This document shows, in pieces, positions 59,601-61,944 of a stretch of 61,944 bases of DNA. The stretch is taken from IMG/VR virus record IMGVR_UViG_3300032087_000824, positions 1-61,944 of that record; one strand, given 5' to 3'. The DNA is from a virus. Lineage: Duplodnaviria; Caudoviricetes. Below the pieces are notes generated by a model, which saw nothing but the letters and a program-made list of their open reading frames with translations, ran no database searches and was not told where the DNA came from. Made by a program: the position numbers and the translations under genes. The first letter of the stretch is position 1, and every line of letters begins with the position of its first letter.

Positions 59601-60459
59601 TACCTACTAATATTGATGGGTCAGCTAATAATGTAAAAGCACCATCAATTACACCTGATACTATGTTGTATGATTTAGTTCCAGGTTCAATAATATTACT
59701 TACTAAACCTGCAGCAGGTGTTAATTTAGTTGTACCAAATCTATTTTGTATTGTTAAACCTTCATCACGCATTCTTTCAGTATTTGTAATATCTTCTCCG
59801 TAATAAGTTTGTACAATTTTTTTAACTTCTTCAGGGTCTGCACCTCTACCAACTAATTCTTTATATACATCTGTATCTTCTGCAAGTGTAGAGTTTGCAA
59901 AGTAGCCTTCACCTAAATTTACTTTTTCACCTTTAATTGCAGCACTAATAGCTTCTCTACCTACTGAAGGACCAAGTTCTTGTCTAATATCTTGTAGTTC
60001 ATTTCTTGCATCACGACTTGTAAGCAGTTGTAAAGTAGCACCTGCTAAACCTACGCCATCATTCCACTTTTTATCATTTAAGAATTTTTGATATGCAAGT
60101 GTTGGTTTCTTAACAATTTCATCTTGTAAACTATCAAATGCAGTAAAAGCAGTTCTAATAACTCCTCTACCAACAGATTTAGTTCTATCCCACCAAGTCT
60201 TTTCAACATCTAACCATCTTTCTATAATGGTAGATAATTCAGGACTATCAGCAGTTAAATCCATTAATGCAGAACCTACTAGAACATCTTTAGGTAAATA
60301 AAAATGTTGGTCTATTAAGTCTTTTAAATTATTTGATTTATCAGGTACAGAAGATATAGCATTTCTAATTAATTTAGATTGCTCTAATCTTTCTTCTTGT
60401 TTTTGGTTTTCATACTCATCTGTGACAGGAGATGTCCACCACCATCTTATTTCAGCCAT
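53608..60459 (-). CDS. Giant polyvalent internal virion/ejection protein, module B (ASCH, degenerate SLOG)
   Basis: 2283 aa. Shares KVNLGEGYF, STLAEDT, RLFLR, VVGEEQ and LSRSxAFRQYYWRFIE with 7718-15814. Confidence 0.7.
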   Translation of the reverse strand: MAEIRWWWTSPVTDEYENQKQEERLEQSKLIRNAISSVPDKSNNLKDLIDQHFYLPKDVLVGSALMDLTADSPELSTIIERWLDVEKTWWDRTKSVGRGVIRTAFTAFDSLQDEIVKKPTLAYQKFLNDKKWNDGVGLAGATLQLLTSRDARNELQDIRQELGPSVGREAISAAIKGEKVNLGEGYFANSTLAEDTDVYKELVGRGADPEEVKKIVQTYYGEDITNTERMRDEGLTIQNRFGTTKLTPAAGLVSNIIEPGTKSYNIVSGVIDGAFTLLADPSILVGSYLAKSGKAVRSLSQADALKGAGIIDKAVRKTVHIPSATDYLANSKGGQFIVDQLIKADNFDTVSRLMKGQGDAVLHKKLKNAQTRQDVYDALIPAIEGLEVTQRLDPTSLLLRGNVSRGLGQLIGGDYGQAVGFAGAIRKSQAETAVGRMFQSFPVPKLNVKDLNASFFDLKDWMRWAKVDDDIAEPALDKLADLAESRVLNPSKAQSMQNMGDILDIWNDVLTHIGEKFNRIDLPDQLVKGIKRWMASVDETHKYFINELGQSEWFPGSKFDSINTNMRKYFGEELDEADAYNIISRVIAKYKKDSNVVDDEVQDLVNQLRDIADSPKEQVTKTLVDEVTSSYYPGAEREALEIADEIGIRTSGRVPYGHTAVDAKIDQDFLSEELRTSGSRIYSMGYKMKPEETIDLGQEGSTFARVLSGKRTSTTRHQGGWVKEGGVPKIGEKIYFKNFEDDVVGVTVTKVQTLPRNLLTSPEHRPLLDDILQTEGWTEIEYASRLRNRIESGKAIRVEYLINEGSRYDSLSPRMKNLNLSDFRGVDEYNAQVSLNKAKDGLAVDLSNDLKTLSRKDRKRAEFLINSIEETDKALQKISSAKADLENQILQTPDKALKDVDEYEPVLSKLYKDEEQLRLLFVKDREELYQLVPNYRKVDDLSASKDIYDPDYWNQDFGIINPKGDNMGQAVKYNIDESDATIIFRKRQDGKSKIPKSQNLQKIQNYLDNGKWEQPVGGSKLDAGVYQGYKPYVVIEIGADGKLGKQDIVKYQDFLFKNKAKKVNIVGDKLITNDELYDVFNRLMFYRTKGTAITVNKLLNVIEENIDQLRKIDLNDAEPEDILNEVLEEFKNTSAGKSVDTAYEPRATAHLLSEYWDEGYIPMPDARLFLRIFRPMRDLGLRLTGRHRNISTDEYERLLARPVADLAKIELSTDRTFVEEIRRLVGKTRVSIKVDADADSVANISEGMLTMIGDGYMQRIWKPSVLLRPAWVTRVVGEEQVRMWAADLDNVFAHPLSSISWILGRSPQRNRQLLLKTREKSRDYLSEQWGRGGTDILDESLENSFYHQSAMSNTHNGVLFGINPKRARGFTLVGVGGKGWNTHWASELLQLVDDPLASKIAAITIDPVQDGQKYKVALDDIKQSFWDGELKEWRMAFVGNADDMGRASKKLILENRAHADSYIDSIVARLHVKTGGTYEAYEIVPGGTPKLISSRDDARVLPAVSDIKNPIKYEIKSSGDKELLAHIAGGGTEKPNVVNIFSKKKNDYTEINLSRNMTRSEFRVYSSWLKNFKTDVLDGSLIKFKASRFELGRDKISEYDRVLETFFSTLMGASTNELSRSTAFRQYYWRFIESMYANMDDASRAVILKQARKTMGIGKNNRLTPGSRAKQYIDSLENMGKADVTKMIGIDDLESVDDLAKAYALNETKSLLYDLNNRHVISDMLRLMFPFAEVYIEIAGTWTRLLKNQKTLFGRKVQRAVEGARDVSIFGENEDEGFFTTDPRTGEEMYNIAGFGLNNKLDRALNPDTEDATVTNPVTGKDDLEAPQINARIEGYASGLNMVAGSIIPGVGPIVQLPASAILPSTAAIDQAIFPYGRPAYKVTDPSYWVDATLPSWINKLRAANGSTSSPELQRAYANRVKEIQRAMFTTGIYDDSTPEAEQESLERAKTLANSMLKYQAFIQFVMPTGATVKYEYEVGPEGAAFLDPFKAKENDPEHKFFADTLFADAYYQMLAKRGGDRVAAIADFIKMFGFDPTALTTSKSKAIQPTTYTTEGGYFYKQNKDLMDRHPDVSYYLFPDSPLDEFDYQAWADAFTEGKRIDLTPEEFQRSVRQAQGSLAYENFRRLILDTPYYQGFSIDKKFEALYMYKLNLQQQFPGYGTTSTTPTPLDTDAKIKAFNSLLTTEAGTSVKLPNGETKLIGELDVVQGAMKYIMAREKLLQGLKYQYGANATLYRAEATQQRQYLSLLAKQLMMQHPDFYYIWYDIFRREIEEQTTFGAYN

Positions 60460-60466
60460 AAATCTC

Positions 60467-60793
60467 CTACATCTGTTTTAATAACGCTGCTATTTCTTTA
60501 CTTGGTAATACCCTATACATTTCTTGCAAAATCATATCTACATCAGGTGTCTGTTCAAATCTACCTTGATTTAATCCAGCTAATGGGTCAGCCAAAGCAT
60601 CAGGGTTTGGTGCTGTAGCATCTCCTACAATATTATTTATATTTTGTCTAGGCACTGGCATTGCAGAAGGTGCAGGAACTTGTGGTTCTTCTGCTACTTC
60701 TACAGGTGCAGCGTCTTGTAAAGTTTCTAACTCTTTAGCTTGACCTTTATATTCTTCTGCTTTGTAATCTGCTTTATTTCTTTTTCTACTCAT
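60467..60793 (-). CDS. Small structural-module protein, module B
   Basis: 108 aa; paralog of 15815-16141. Confidence 0.6.
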   Translation of the reverse strand: MSRKRNKADYKAEEYKGQAKELETLQDAAPVEVAEEPQVPAPSAMPVPRQNINNIVGDATAPNPDALADPLAGLNQGRFEQTPDVDMILQEMYRVLPSKEIAALLKQM

Positions 60794-60794
60794 A

Positions 60795-60959
60795 TTAAAA
60801 ATCAGGTGTAAATGTTATGTCTATTCTTCCAATACCAGGTGCATAAAACACTGTGTATGTTTCTTCTTGTCCAGTTAGTTCATACATTTCAGGTTTAAAC
60901 ATTGGTTGTTCAGGAAAGTTTCTAGCTATTATTCTTGCAAATTCTTCAGCGTGTTCCAT
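60795..60959 (-). CDS. Small protein after portal, module B (54 aa)
   Basis: MEHAEEFARIIARNFPEQPM...GIGRIDITFTPDF; paralog of 16134-16352. Confidence 0.6.
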   Translation of the reverse strand: MEHAEEFARIIARNFPEQPMFKPEMYELTGQEETYTVFYAPGIGRIDITFTPDF

Positions 60960-61944
60960 TATTGACCTCCTAACATTTGTGCTAAATTAGGAGGACCTTG
61001 CTGTTGTTGCATTTGTGCTTGTTGTAATAATGCTTGTTCTTCAGGACTTGGCTGTTCTCCTTGTGCTGTAAAATACTTTTCTAATATCTCACCTTTATTT
61101 TTTGGATTATTGTAAATTTCTACAATAGCCATCAAAGCACTATTGTCACCTTGTTGTGAACGTTGAATAAGCATTTGGTCCATAATATTCTCTGATTTTT
61201 CTTTAGTAATTCTTTCATTAATTACAGATATATTTTCTAAGCCGTCCATTTCTTGTTGCATAGTTTCTCTATCAATAATTCCAGCTTGTAATAACTGTAA
61301 CCCAGTAATAATTTTGTTAGGTGCATCAAAAGAAGCCATAGCTCCATATTTACGTCTTGTTATATAGTTATGGTCAATATCATTTTTAGGTGTATAAAAT
61401 TCTGCAAAGGCAGCACCTTTGTAAGTTCCTGACAATGGTTTTCTTTTTTTACCAAGTAAATGTTCATCTAGTTCTAATCTTTTTGCATCTACTTCTTGTA
61501 AAGCTTTAGATAATATTGTGTGATACTCAGTAACCATTTGACCAACACCAGCAGTAAGTTCTTCTAAACCTCTACCAGTTACAAATGAATTAGGTGAGAT
61601 AGCATCATCTTGTACAGGATATCCTGCTACAACTCTAAGTTGTCTTTCTAATCTACCTACACTTTCAAACAATTGATAAGGTAAATTAGTTGCAGGTCTT
61701 ATAACTTGTGAACCAGGTGATAAATAGTTAATAGCATTTCTGCCTTTTCTATATTGACCACTTTCAATTTCACCTACAATATTTGTTTCAGTAAATACTG
61801 CATCTTCCATAGCAATAGCAGATAATATATTTATCTTTGCCATTTGTGCCATTAATCCAATAACTTGGTCAAACTGTCCTTGTAATTGGTCAAAGCTATA
61901 TCTTTTAGCTATAACAAAAGAAGGACCTGACTTTAATGGATTAG
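60959..61944 (-). CDS. Portal protein, module B (N-terminus beyond window)
   Basis: Frame open to the window edge (NPLKSGPSFVIAKRYSFDQLQGQFDQVIGLM...), matching portal A. Confidence 0.8.
   Translation of the reverse strand, partial: NPLKSGPSFVIAKRYSFDQLQGQFDQVIGLMAQMAKINILSAIAMEDAVFTETNIVGEIESGQYRKGRNAINYLSPGSQVIRPATNLPYQLFESVGRLERQLRVVAGYPVQDDAISPNSFVTGRGLEELTAGVGQMVTEYHTILSKALQEVDAKRLELDEHLLGKKRKPLSGTYKGAAFAEFYTPKNDIDHNYITRRKYGAMASFDAPNKIITGLQLLQAGIIDRETMQQEMDGLENISVINERITKEKSENIMDQMLIQRSQQGDNSALMAIVEIYNNPKNKGEILEKYFTAQGEQPSPEEQALLQQAQMQQQQGPPNLAQMLGGQ

Noticed and set aside
1677-60618. Numerous ORFs antisense to or nested in long genes (e.g. 1677-1985, 11661-12107, 18866-19489, 42579-43055, 50501-50944)
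   Set aside because: Shadow frames with Ser/Leu/Phe-rich composition and no evident RBS or motifs.
1-61944. Simple assembly artefact repeating the same genome end
   Set aside because: The two modules are diverged in sequence and gene content, so this is not an exact terminal repeat. A two-phage chimera remains possible and is listed under the main finding.

Overview
AT-rich (roughly one-third GC by eye) fragment of a tailed dsDNA phage with a podovirus-like layout. An r1t-like holin, a PGRP-type amidase and several leaderless genes suggest a low-GC actinobacterial host (inference). The main observation is TWO diverged, collinear virion-morphogenesis modules on the minus strand: module A at <1-18084 and module B at ~35200->61944. 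Each has portal, two small genes, a giant internal protein, a second internal protein, a muralytic enzyme, two more internal proteins, scaffold, major capsid, adaptor and tail protein. Only one terminase, one early region and one lysis cassette are visible. The modules differ in injected payload: GH24 versus SLT-like lysozyme, shuffled ASCH/SLOG/Macro-like domains, and a B-only 1673-aa GNAT plus ADP-ribosyltransferase-like protein. A chimeric assembly of two related phages cannot be excluded from this window alone. Comparing the two copies reveals a covarying pseudoknot-like RNA in the scaffold/capsid leader and a post-capsid hairpin with an invariant loop. The early region holds an array of six interlocked RNA hairpins and several hairpins that display anti-Shine-Dalgarno loops complementary to the phage's own RBSs. 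All family assignments come from motif recognition, not database searches.
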